From: an uncultured archaeon | Lineage (GTDB): Archaea; Asgardarchaeota; Lokiarchaeia; Sigyniarchaeales; SOKP01 | Length of the DNA stretch: 50,197 bases | Reading direction: 5' to 3' | Assembly (NCBI GenBank): GCA_964583985.1 | Contig: CAZOYD010000021.1 | Span: 1-50,197 of the forward strand | Part shown: positions 9,924 through 18,880 of the stretch, piece after piece | Numbering within the stretch: the stretch's first letter is position 1 | How the letters are laid out: each line of letters opens with the position of its first letter | Made by a program: the position numbers and the translations under genes | The notes under the pieces: model-generated | Told to the model about the DNA's origin: nothing | Database searches by the model: none | The model's input: only the letters and a program-made list of their open reading frames with translations

Positions 9924-10607
9924 TTACATCTTATCAATAGTATCTTTGTCCGAAAAATCTCCTTCTTTTGGAGCTTTACCATTTCCATAAATTTGATATA
10001 AGACAGTTCTACGAGCACATTCATAAAAACTCCGATAAATATTCTTTTCTTGATCATAAAGAGCACAAGTATCATAAATCATGGGATTCCAATTATAAAG
10101 ATCGTTCTTAGAATCAAACCATAATTTTTCTTTCTCCAAGATAAGTTCATAATCCTCTATTCCAATAGTATCTTCAAGATCCTGTTTATTCAGCATGACT
10201 ATAACGGGTATTTCTTTTATTAACCTGTCTTGAGCCACATTTTTCAATTCTAAAAGGGATTCTACATTATCTTCTAAATATTTCGTTTGCGAGTCAACAA
10301 CCACGATTACAGCATCCGTTCCTTGAAAAATCTTGGATCTTAAAGGAGAAAAACTGGATTGTCCTGCTACAGTAAATACACGATAAAAAATCTTCTTTTG
10401 CTTTGTCGATTGAAACAATCCCCTATCGAAATGTAGCGTTGCACCACTTGCCTTTTCTATTTTTTTAAGATCTTCAACGGGTTCAATATCCTTCTTGGAT
10501 TCCTTTGTGATTTTATAAAGAGTTTCTAAAATTGTTGTCTTTCCTGATCCTGCCATTCCCCAATACACGATTTTTATATACACGCTTCCATCTTTAGTTA
10601 AAACCAC
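9924..10607 (-). CDS. MglA/Arf-like small GTPase
   Basis: KIVYWGMAGSGKTT (G1), ATLHFD (G2), TVAGQ (MglA-type G3 without Asp), NKQD (G4), CAL (G5). GTG start preceded by GGTGA. Confidence 0.85.
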   Translation of the reverse strand: MVLTKDGSVYIKIVYWGMAGSGKTTILETLYKITKESKKDIEPVEDLKKIEKASGATLHFDRGLFQSTKQKKIFYRVFTVAGQSSFSPLRSKIFQGTDAVIVVVDSQTKYLEDNVESLLELKNVAQDRLIKEIPVIVMLNKQDLEDTIGIEDYELILEKEKLWFDSKNDLYNWNPMIYDTCALYDQEKNIYRSFYECARRTVLYQIYGNGKAPKEGDFSDKDTIDKM

Positions 10608-10856
10608 GGATATCTCACCTTAACAAGTTGTATCCTTTTTAGTTAATCTAATACAAATAATAAAATATAAATAATAAGTTTTTCTGAAGTCTACATTATT
10701 ATAAATTGCTCTAAATTAATAATTTGTAATTTTAAAATATTAATTTGAGCTTTAATTTAATTTTTCATGTGAACAGAATTATTTTTTTAACATGAATTCT
10801 GATCGAAGATTAGAACTGAAATTTTTAACTAAATAAAAACCACATACACCACCACC

Positions 10857-11381
10857 ATGGATCAATACTCGGATTCTGACTGGAATTGGGATTTTTTTAA
10901 AGAAATGGTAGAGGATATTGAAGATAATAAGAATATTATTGAATGTATCTCTTGTGGTAAATGCGTGGGCGATTGTCCTGCTGCAAAAATCTCAAATTTT
11001 AACGTCCGAAAAATTATAGCAAAAGTATTACGAGGCAATAAAAGCGTATTAAAAGATTCAGATATTTGGTATTGCTATTTATGTGAAAAATGCAGGCGAT
11101 TATGCCCAAGAGATGGAATCAATATCCCATTACTTATCATAGATTTAAGAAATGAATCCTTTAAAAAAGGATTTGGACCGAAATACAATGATTTAAATAA
11201 ATACGTTGAAATGTCAGAACGTTTTCTTACATCTGGAGTTGTGGTAGAAGAACCCTTAGGAGAACCACTCCCACTTGAAAGAATTAAAGAATTAAACATC
11301 ATTTGTGATTTCGCTCGAATCAACTATGTTTTTAAAGCTAGTAAAGCTAATAAGAATAAAATTAAAAATAAAAAGAGATAA
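10857..11381 (+). CDS. hdrC: Heterodisulfide reductase subunit C-like 2x[4Fe-4S] protein
   Basis: CISCGKCVGDCP and IWYCYLCEKCRRLCP, directly upstream of an HdrB-like gene. Confidence 0.82.
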   Translation: MDQYSDSDWNWDFFKEMVEDIEDNKNIIECISCGKCVGDCPAAKISNFNVRKIIAKVLRGNKSVLKDSDIWYCYLCEKCRRLCPRDGINIPLLIIDLRNESFKKGFGPKYNDLNKYVEMSERFLTSGVVVEEPLGEPLPLERIKELNIICDFARINYVFKASKANKNKIKNKKR

Positions 11382-11390
11382 AAGTTCACC

Positions 11391-12407
11391 ATGGAATTTA
11401 ATCCACTTGCCCTGAATTTGGAGGAAATAGAAAAGAAATACCCAGATTCACCTCTTGATTTCTTTAAAGATAAGAGATTATGCGCATTTAAAGCCTGTCT
11501 AGAAAAATATTTTCCTGGTGTGAGATATGGTATTTTAGATCTTGCTAATGAACTTAACTTAAAATTGAGTGTATGTGAAGGACAGTCTTGTTGCAGTGGT
11601 ACATTTTTTCAACGAAATTTAATAACCAGAGCCCAATTTGCAGCTATTAACGAAAGAAATCTATATGAACTTAATTCTCAATCTGATATAGTTCTGTTTT
11701 CCTGTAATGGTTGCTATAATTCTGTCATGAGAGGACGTGATTTCTTAAAAACCCCTGAAGTTTTTCAAAAAACTGAGAAAATATTGAACGATTTAAAAAT
11801 ACAAATGGGGAAAAAAAAAGAAGACGATCAAAAATATAAGATCCTTGAAAATCCAAGTGTGCGCTTTATTCACGATTTGGATTTTGTTTATTTGATTCGA
11901 AATGAAGTTCTTAATGTATTGAAATATAATTTAAAAGACTTGAAAGTAGCTGTTCATTATGGATGCCACTATCTTAATTTATCCCGTGATAAGCATACGG
12001 TGGAAGGATATTTAAAAGATAAGACTAAATTGGATGAACTTGTCCAACTTTTTGGAGGATCTGCCTTGGATTATCAAGAAAAAGATAGTTGTTGTGGATG
12101 GGGTGCTTCCCAGATTTTAATTAACCCTCGAGAAGCCCTAAAAATTACACACGATAAATTACAAAGCGCTGAAAATGTGGGAGCTGACTTTCTTCTCATG
12201 CCTTGCCCCACGTGTTTATATACATTAAGTAAACCAGAATATAGAGAAAAGATGTATAAGTGGTTTGGAGACAAACTTGAAATACCTACGATTCATCTTA
12301 ATGAACTCATCGCAATTCTATTAGGTTGTGAACAAGAAAGATGTATGTCGTTACGACGAACTACTCCTCGTTTAAAAGAAATCTTTGAAATAATTACCAA
12401 TGATTAA
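11391..12407 (+). CDS. hdrB: Heterodisulfide reductase subunit B-like (two CCG domains)
   Basis: QSCCSG, CNGC, AVHYGCH, SCCG and PCPTC motifs. Confidence 0.85.
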   Translation: MEFNPLALNLEEIEKKYPDSPLDFFKDKRLCAFKACLEKYFPGVRYGILDLANELNLKLSVCEGQSCCSGTFFQRNLITRAQFAAINERNLYELNSQSDIVLFSCNGCYNSVMRGRDFLKTPEVFQKTEKILNDLKIQMGKKKEDDQKYKILENPSVRFIHDLDFVYLIRNEVLNVLKYNLKDLKVAVHYGCHYLNLSRDKHTVEGYLKDKTKLDELVQLFGGSALDYQEKDSCCGWGASQILINPREALKITHDKLQSAENVGADFLLMPCPTCLYTLSKPEYREKMYKWFGDKLEIPTIHLNELIAILLGCEQERCMSLRRTTPRLKEIFEIITND

Positions 12408-12413
12408 AAACAG

Positions 12414-12848
12414 CTACATTTCTTCAATAGCTCTTCTTGGACACGAATCTAAGCAAAGTAGACATCCAATACATTTTTCATATGAGAAATTAAGCCTTAA
12501 TGACTCATCAAAATAGAGGGCATCAGTTGGGCATAATGAAAGACAAGCTCCGCAATCTATACATTTATCATCATCTACAATAACCCTTCCTTTTTTGTTT
12601 ACTACTACGCTATTTTGAGTTAATGCGTCAGTTATCATTTTAATCTTATCCTCGGGTACATCTAGTAATAAATTAACTCCATTTGTTCCAGTTGCAAATT
12701 TTAAAATGTTAAACGTGATATCATATTTTAAGATTTCATTTATGATTTTGGAGTAATCATCAATATCCCTAATGATCCCAAAAGGAAGCATGCAATTAAT
12801 TATAGTAATTTTTACATCAACTCCTCCGAAGATATGATCCCAGTGCAT
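12414..12848 (-). CDS. NIL-domain plus 2x[4Fe-4S] ferredoxin, partner of aspartate-semialdehyde sulfurtransferase (MA1822-like); true start probably near 12810
   Basis: CIDCGACLSLCP and CIGCLLCLDSCP after an ACT/NIL-like N-terminus. Sits directly downstream of the DUF39-CBS gene. Confidence 0.85.
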   Translation of the reverse strand: MHWDHIFGGVDVKITIINCMLPFGIIRDIDDYSKIINEILKYDITFNILKFATGTNGVNLLLDVPEDKIKMITDALTQNSVVVNKKGRVIVDDDKCIDCGACLSLCPTDALYFDESLRLNFSYEKCIGCLLCLDSCPRRAIEEM

Positions 12849-14284
12849 TTTTTCTCATCACTAATAATTGGCAGAGCAGATATATTATTCATCTTCATTC
12901 TCCGCACTGCTACCTCAATCGGTTCATTATCAGATGCCGTAATAACTTTTTTGGTTATGATGTCTCTTATGTGTGTCTTATCCCTTGCTATTGCTTTTGT
13001 AACATCAAAACTAGTCACGATCCCAATCAAATGATTCTCCTTATCAATGATTACAATATGATTTGTATTTTCTTCGATTATTTTTTCTGCCACCACTTTA
13101 ATATCACAATCATCAAAACACGTAATTGCAGGTTTTTTCAAGTCTTTAACGAATTTCAATTCTGAGACTTGTTTCATTGGGTTGTATGTAGTGTTGGTTG
13201 GCAAGTTTTCTGCCGGTGGATTCAAGAAAAATAATCCATCCTCAATCCAAGTTTTTAACTCTTTAGCAATTTTTTTAGCATAAAAAAGTGAAGAAAGTGA
13301 AGATACTTTTACTTCCTTACCATTAATATCTATCTTGCCCGATTTTAATTCTTTATAATTAACTTTTATTAATACGGGACGATTTCTTCTTGGTACGCCA
13401 TAATCTACAACATCAGTTTCGATATTTTCATCCTTTACAGCAGTCTTACGTGCAAGATTTTCATTAAGAATGGGAATGGGTAATCCTACACCCACTGACA
13501 TTGAAGAACCATATTTTTCAAAATTGACTCCTCGCAGATATTCTGGTTTCATTTGCTTGAGATCTCCTTTTAAAAATAGAGTTCCGAATCCATTTTTCGG
13601 ATCATGCTGAGTTCCTTCTCCCATAACATAACCTATGCCTCCTCCGAGAAATATTCTCGTACCTATTCCTATTGTCTCATAATCAGGATCATTACATAAG
13701 GGATTTAAGCACCCTGCTCCTGCATAATGGGCATTTCCTAAATTTGGCAATAGTTTACCCATATAAGTATAGAGTGTTTTATCCGTAGTATTTACCGCAC
13801 ACACGTACTTTTGATATGCATTTCGTGGATTGCATAAAATTGCTTGATTCAGATCATCTATGGTGAAATAAGTATCGATTTCCTCTAAGGGATAGCAATC
13901 AGTCGTATATGAAGTGCCTCTTAGTCTAATGGATTTTCTTGATACGAGATCTTCAATGACGTTTCCCCCTCCATAATCATATGGTTTAATATCTACTGAT
14001 CTTGTCACTCCAATATAACAATCTACAGCAGCATTTCCATGATACGCATGAACTTCATTTAACCAAAGATGTTCTAATTTAATGGGAGGATCTGAATGTC
14101 CAAAATTAAGAAAGGCACCACTTGAACACATTGGACCAAAAGTTCCTGTAGTAACTACATCTATTTCTTTAGCCGCCACCTGTACACCACTATCTTCTAC
14201 AATTTTGATCATTTCTTCAGCGGTGACTACTACAACATCTCCATTTCTTATTTTTTGATTTATTTCGTCGTATGTTTTTGGCAT
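12812..14284 (-). CDS. L-aspartate semialdehyde sulfurtransferase / homocysteine biosynthesis protein (DUF39 plus CBS pair, MA1821-like)
   Basis: KTYDEIN.KI..G.VVV.TAEE, DVVTTGTFGPMCSSG, PRNAYQ and GIGTRIFLGG, plus a C-terminal CBS pair. Confidence 0.92.
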   Translation of the reverse strand: MPKTYDEINQKIRNGDVVVVTAEEMIKIVEDSGVQVAAKEIDVVTTGTFGPMCSSGAFLNFGHSDPPIKLEHLWLNEVHAYHGNAAVDCYIGVTRSVDIKPYDYGGGNVIEDLVSRKSIRLRGTSYTTDCYPLEEIDTYFTIDDLNQAILCNPRNAYQKYVCAVNTTDKTLYTYMGKLLPNLGNAHYAGAGCLNPLCNDPDYETIGIGTRIFLGGGIGYVMGEGTQHDPKNGFGTLFLKGDLKQMKPEYLRGVNFEKYGSSMSVGVGLPIPILNENLARKTAVKDENIETDVVDYGVPRRNRPVLIKVNYKELKSGKIDINGKEVKVSSLSSLFYAKKIAKELKTWIEDGLFFLNPPAENLPTNTTYNPMKQVSELKFVKDLKKPAITCFDDCDIKVVAEKIIEENTNHIVIIDKENHLIGIVTSFDVTKAIARDKTHIRDIITKKVITASDNEPIEVAVRRMKMNNISALPIISDEKKCTGIISSEELM

Positions 14285-14509
14285 GATTCCATTCTTTAAT
14301 CGCGTTTTTTGAAGCTCGTATTGATTAATATAGAAATAATTCCTTTATAAATAATAATAGATAAAAAAATGCTGTAAATGAATAATTCGTGCATATAGTG
14401 CATATTATTATGATCAGATGAGCTAATCTGAAATTTATGATAAATTATTAATTTTAAGTGTGCCTTTCTTTTTTAATTGCTATTATACAAATTGTAATCT
14501 AAAACACTG

Positions 14510-15382
14510 ATGGATGACATAATTTCTCCAAAAAAGTTCGGTCTTGCATTAGCCGCATTATTTCTTACAACCGTACTATGGGGAACGTCATTTATAATAA
14601 CTAAAACAATTACAAAGGAAGTCCCAATTTTTGCTTATTTGACTTTAAGGTATAGTATCGCGCTGGTTGGACTTATTCCAATATTATATCGTTTTAAAAG
14701 GATTAATAAAAAAACATTATATGGTGGAATTATTACGGGCATCTTGTATTATATATCCATGGTCTTTCAAACTTACGGACTTCAAACAACTACAGCTGGA
14801 AAAACTGGATTTATTACTGGTTTAGGTACTGTTTTGGTTCCCTTCGTGATGTGGTTTGCTTACAAGAAGAAAGTGAAGCTCAGGATTTGGATTGCTGTGG
14901 TTTTATCAACTCTTGGCATGGGGTTTTTACTTTTAGAGGGTGAATCGGGCGTATTTATTGGAGACATGCTAATTCTAGTCTGTGCGGTTTTTTATGCTTT
15001 CTTCGTAGTCGCAAATGATGATTTCGTAAGAAAGGTTGACATATATCTTTTTTCATTTGTTCAATTAGCTATATTATCATTATTAAGTCTAGGATCATCT
15101 TTCGTGTTAAATGAAAATTGGAGCATGACTCCAATTACCATTGATTTCTGGTTAATCATATTGTACATGGGATTAGGGGTTACCACCCTTACTTTTTTAT
15201 TCCAGAATTACGGGCAACAGTACTTATCTCCTACAAAAACAGCTATCATTTTTACTTTAGAACCTGTTTTTGCGGCGCTCTTTGGCGTTTTATTTGGGAA
15301 AGAGATAATTACCATTTTTGGATTGATAGGCGCTACGATGATTTTTACCGCACTTCTTATTGCGGTGATAAAAAATGAATGA
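14510..15382 (+). CDS. EamA/DMT family transporter
   Basis: LWGTSF, GLQTTTAGKTGFI and FTLEPVFA motifs; about 10 TM helices. Confidence 0.92.
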   Translation: MDDIISPKKFGLALAALFLTTVLWGTSFIITKTITKEVPIFAYLTLRYSIALVGLIPILYRFKRINKKTLYGGIITGILYYISMVFQTYGLQTTTAGKTGFITGLGTVLVPFVMWFAYKKKVKLRIWIAVVLSTLGMGFLLLEGESGVFIGDMLILVCAVFYAFFVVANDDFVRKVDIYLFSFVQLAILSLLSLGSSFVLNENWSMTPITIDFWLIILYMGLGVTTLTFLFQNYGQQYLSPTKTAIIFTLEPVFAALFGVLFGKEIITIFGLIGATMIFTALLIAVIKNE

Positions 15383-17301
15383 TTGCGAGAGATAATTTCA
15401 TGAAAAAAATATATACTATAAAAAATGTGGTTGTACAACCAAAAAAGGTTATTGTGCGAACTTATTGTGATATAACTATTTCATTCATCATAGAATTCGA
15501 TCTTCCCTTAGATTCAAGTATATTATTCCGATTCCGAGGGGGAAGAAATAATAAAAATGACTGGTATTGTCTTCAACCTTTCGATCCAAGCATTAATGGA
15601 TATTTTATTCTAAAAACCAACCCCCAATCAAAATTGATTCCTCTCCTGATTAATGGCAAAGAATTAGGAATTAAATACTTAGTAGTTGAAAAAAAAGGAG
15701 TAACAGCCGGCACATTTTTTACAATTGAAGTCCATGGGACTTTAGTCCAATCACTCGTTGAAAAGTCTAAAAAGATCGAAATATTAGTATCTTATCCAAA
15801 TCAAGAGCCAAAAAATATCCAAAATCCCCCAACTCTCAACGTCATTCACAATAAATTTCATCATTTAACCATTATATGCCCTTCAACGATTTCGATAAAA
15901 CACGAATTCGAAATACTAATTAGAGCAGAGGATGTATATAAAAATTTAATTGAAAATTTTAACTCTGAAATCAAGCTATACATCTCCAATCGATTGAAAC
16001 ACCAACTTTCCCTCTCTAATCATGAATTTAAACAAGATCTCAAGGGAATTTTAAAAGTGAACAGCTTGAAACTTTCAAAAGAGGGAATATATACTGTTAT
16101 TGGAACGTGTGAAAGAAAAGAATATAGTTCAAATCCCATCTTATGCGAAGAAAACATCTCCAATGAAAAATTATATTGGGGTTTTATTCATGCTCATACT
16201 AATAAGAGTGATGGCATGCTGGATATTGATGATTTTTTTCATAATTTATTGAACGCGGGTCTGGATTTTGGTACTACGACAGAACATGATCACGAATGGG
16301 AAACTTTAGACGAGGATTTTACCGAAATTAGGCAAAAAGTAAGAGAAATGCACAGGGACGGAAAGTTTGTTTGCTTTTTTGGGTATGAATGGGGGTATTG
16401 GTACACAGGTCATGGGGACATCTGTATCTATCATTATGACGATACAATTCCCATTTTTAGATCAGATACAAACAAGTATAATTCCACCACGAAATTGATA
16501 AAGAATTTAAAACCGTTTGCTGGTAAGGTTTTAATGGTTGGACATCATACCGCACTTCGATCTGGATATCGTAACTGGGATACTTTCGACAATTCAGTGG
16601 AACGGTTAGTGGAGATTTACTCAACTTGGGGAAATCAAGAATACTCTTCTAACGATGGAAATCCACTGCCTCCACGCTATAAATTTTTTGGATATGGTCC
16701 AAACGCGATAAAGAGGGGTGCCATTTTAGAAAAAAAAGGATCATTTGTACAAGATGCTCTAAAAAAGGGATATAAATTGGGTTTTACGGCGGGTGGAGAT
16801 GATCACTTTGGAGTGTATCCCTCAGGCTCTATTGATCCTGATAATGGGATATACCCATTAGGAATCATGGCAGTATGGGCAAAATCATTGACAAAACGAG
16901 ATGTATGGAATGCACTTTTTAACAGAAATTGTTATGGTACCACTGGTCCAAGGGTTATCATCAAATTTTTTATGGAAGATTACATGATGGGGGATATAAT
17001 TGAATTAGAGAAAAACATCGAATTAATGGAAGAACGCAAGATTAATTTCAGTTTAATAAGTCCTATCGATATAGAAAAAATTGAATTGATTCGGAATAAT
17101 GAATTAATTCTTTCATATGCTCCTAAATCAAAAACTTTCAATGCAACGCATGTTGATAACGAGAATTTTAATGCTATTTCTTTAGATCATTCCCAAAATC
17201 CCGAAAAATTCGTTTTTTATTACTTGCGGATTCATTTGCGAGGAAATGATATGGCTTGGTCGAGTCCAATTTGGGTAATAAGCTCTCAAAAGACTATATG
17301 A
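15379..17301 (+). CDS. PHP-like metallohydrolase (DUF3604 / CehA-McbA family)
   Basis: WGFIHAHT..SDG, TEHD, GYEW, VEIYS, GGDDH, YGTTG and AWSSPIWV. ATGA overlap with the EamA gene. Confidence 0.8.
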   Translation: MIARDNFMKKIYTIKNVVVQPKKVIVRTYCDITISFIIEFDLPLDSSILFRFRGGRNNKNDWYCLQPFDPSINGYFILKTNPQSKLIPLLINGKELGIKYLVVEKKGVTAGTFFTIEVHGTLVQSLVEKSKKIEILVSYPNQEPKNIQNPPTLNVIHNKFHHLTIICPSTISIKHEFEILIRAEDVYKNLIENFNSEIKLYISNRLKHQLSLSNHEFKQDLKGILKVNSLKLSKEGIYTVIGTCERKEYSSNPILCEENISNEKLYWGFIHAHTNKSDGMLDIDDFFHNLLNAGLDFGTTTEHDHEWETLDEDFTEIRQKVREMHRDGKFVCFFGYEWGYWYTGHGDICIYHYDDTIPIFRSDTNKYNSTTKLIKNLKPFAGKVLMVGHHTALRSGYRNWDTFDNSVERLVEIYSTWGNQEYSSNDGNPLPPRYKFFGYGPNAIKRGAILEKKGSFVQDALKKGYKLGFTAGGDDHFGVYPSGSIDPDNGIYPLGIMAVWAKSLTKRDVWNALFNRNCYGTTGPRVIIKFFMEDYMMGDIIELEKNIELMEERKINFSLISPIDIEKIELIRNNELILSYAPKSKTFNATHVDNENFNAISLDHSQNPEKFVFYYLRIHLRGNDMAWSSPIWVISSQKTI

Positions 17302-17421
17302 ATATATTTATTAGCATGTAATTTATTAAAGATTTACCATCGCTATATTAAAAAACTAGTTAGGGTTTGCTAGTAAGAATGTATTAAATTTATATTTAGA
17401 TAATAGGGCTTTATCATCACA

Positions 17422-17577
17422 ATGCAAAAAGTAAAAGCACATGGTCTTAATTTATGTGAAAAATGCGGAAATGTAATGGTTACCCGAGTTATACGAAGGG
17501 ATTCAGACTTTAAAGTAAATAATTTCGAACAAATTCAGCAATGCATTGTATGTAAGTATTGGAAATTAGTTATTTAA
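17422..17577 (+). CDS. Small zinc-ribbon protein (51 aa), not in the ORF track
   Basis: Manual translation MQKVKAHGLNLCEKCGNVMVTRVIRRDSDFKVNNFEQIQQCIVCKYWKLVI has two CxxC pairs. Confidence 0.75.
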   Translation: MQKVKAHGLNLCEKCGNVMVTRVIRRDSDFKVNNFEQIQQCIVCKYWKLVI

Positions 17578-17680
17578 TGGATTAAGTTTTGATTCCTTTT
17601 TCAATATTATATCCATCACGTTTTAATTTTATCAAAATATTATTAATAACAAAATCATTTTAGTATTTGAAGAATGAATC

Positions 17681-18235
17681 ATGTCAATTCTCAATAATTT
17701 ATGGCTTTTTTATGTTATTGGATATGGTATCGCCATGGTTGTTCAAATATGGGCAAATAAAAAGCGAGGAGAACCTTTTGAAGATCCTGAGCTCTTAATG
17801 AGTAAAAAGATTGGCTTTATAATCTCCTTAGTATGGCTGTTTGGAGGATTATTTATCAGCTTTTTCGTGCCTGTCAATTTTGGGATTCTTTTTTATATTG
17901 GATTAATCTTTTGCTTAATCGGGTTAATAATAGTCTTGATAACATTCTATAGCTTTGCACAAAAACCCGGATTAGTTACTTCAAAAATCCATCAATATTC
18001 AAGAAATCCAAATTATGTTGGATGGGTAATTTTTTATTTCGGTTTAGCTTTAATAGGCTGGACCGAATCAATCTGGAGCATTATATTTTTTATATATTTC
18101 TTAATAACGATACCTTACCTTCATATAGTTGTTTTAATTGAAGAAAAATTTCTTTCTCAAAAATATGGTGATACTTATAAAGAATATTTGATGAATACGC
18201 CACGATATTTTGGAAGGAAAAAAAAAAGAAGTTAA
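17681..18235 (+). CDS. Isoprenylcysteine carboxylmethyltransferase / PEMT family membrane methyltransferase
   Basis: LVTSKIHQYSRNPNY, EEKFL and YG..Y.EY...TPRY motifs. Confidence 0.85.
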   Translation: MSILNNLWLFYVIGYGIAMVVQIWANKKRGEPFEDPELLMSKKIGFIISLVWLFGGLFISFFVPVNFGILFYIGLIFCLIGLIIVLITFYSFAQKPGLVTSKIHQYSRNPNYVGWVIFYFGLALIGWTESIWSIIFFIYFLITIPYLHIVVLIEEKFLSQKYGDTYKEYLMNTPRYFGRKKKRS

Positions 18236-18246
18236 TTTAATAATAA

Positions 18247-18834
18247 TTGATAATTATTCGGGAAAAAATCTTGTCGATTTGGAATAATTTATGGCTATAT
18301 TATGGTGTTGCTTATATTATTGCTTACTCCACGCAAGTATGGGCTAATAAAAAAAGAGGGGAACCGTTTGATGATCCTGAATTTTTATTCTCTAAAAAAA
18401 TAATAGTTATTGTGGCGATGATATGGCTCTTTGGAGGATTAGCAATTAGTTTTTTTGTTCCCGTTGATTACGGAATTTTGTTCTATTTTGGATTTCCACT
18501 ATTTATTTTAGGTTTATTGATAGGGGAGCTTACAATGTATTCATTTGCGCGTAATAAGGGACTGACAACTTCCAAGATACATCACTATTCCAGAAACCCG
18601 ATTTATTTAGGAACGACAATCATGTATTTTGGGTTAACCTTGATCGGCTGGTCGGAGTCAATCTGGAGCATCATCTTCTTTATCTATTTCATTATTACTA
18701 TGCCTTACTTTCACTGGACAATATTGCTTGAGGAAGCCTTTTTAAAAAATAAGTATGGGGATGCCTACGACCAATATTTAAAAACCACGCCAAGATATCT
18801 GGGAAGACCAAAAAAAGGAACACCTTCTGAATAA
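18247..18834 (+). CDS. ICMT/PEMT family methyltransferase, tandem paralog (start possibly TTG 18271)
   Basis: Colinear with the upstream copy (QVWANKKRGEPF.DPE, YSRNP.Y, EE.FL, TPRY). Confidence 0.85.
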   Translation: MIIIREKILSIWNNLWLYYGVAYIIAYSTQVWANKKRGEPFDDPEFLFSKKIIVIVAMIWLFGGLAISFFVPVDYGILFYFGFPLFILGLLIGELTMYSFARNKGLTTSKIHHYSRNPIYLGTTIMYFGLTLIGWSESIWSIIFFIYFIITMPYFHWTILLEEAFLKNKYGDAYDQYLKTTPRYLGRPKKGTPSE

Positions 18835-18880
18835 AAAATTAATTAACACATTTTCTTTTTAAACAATTTTATTTTATTAT

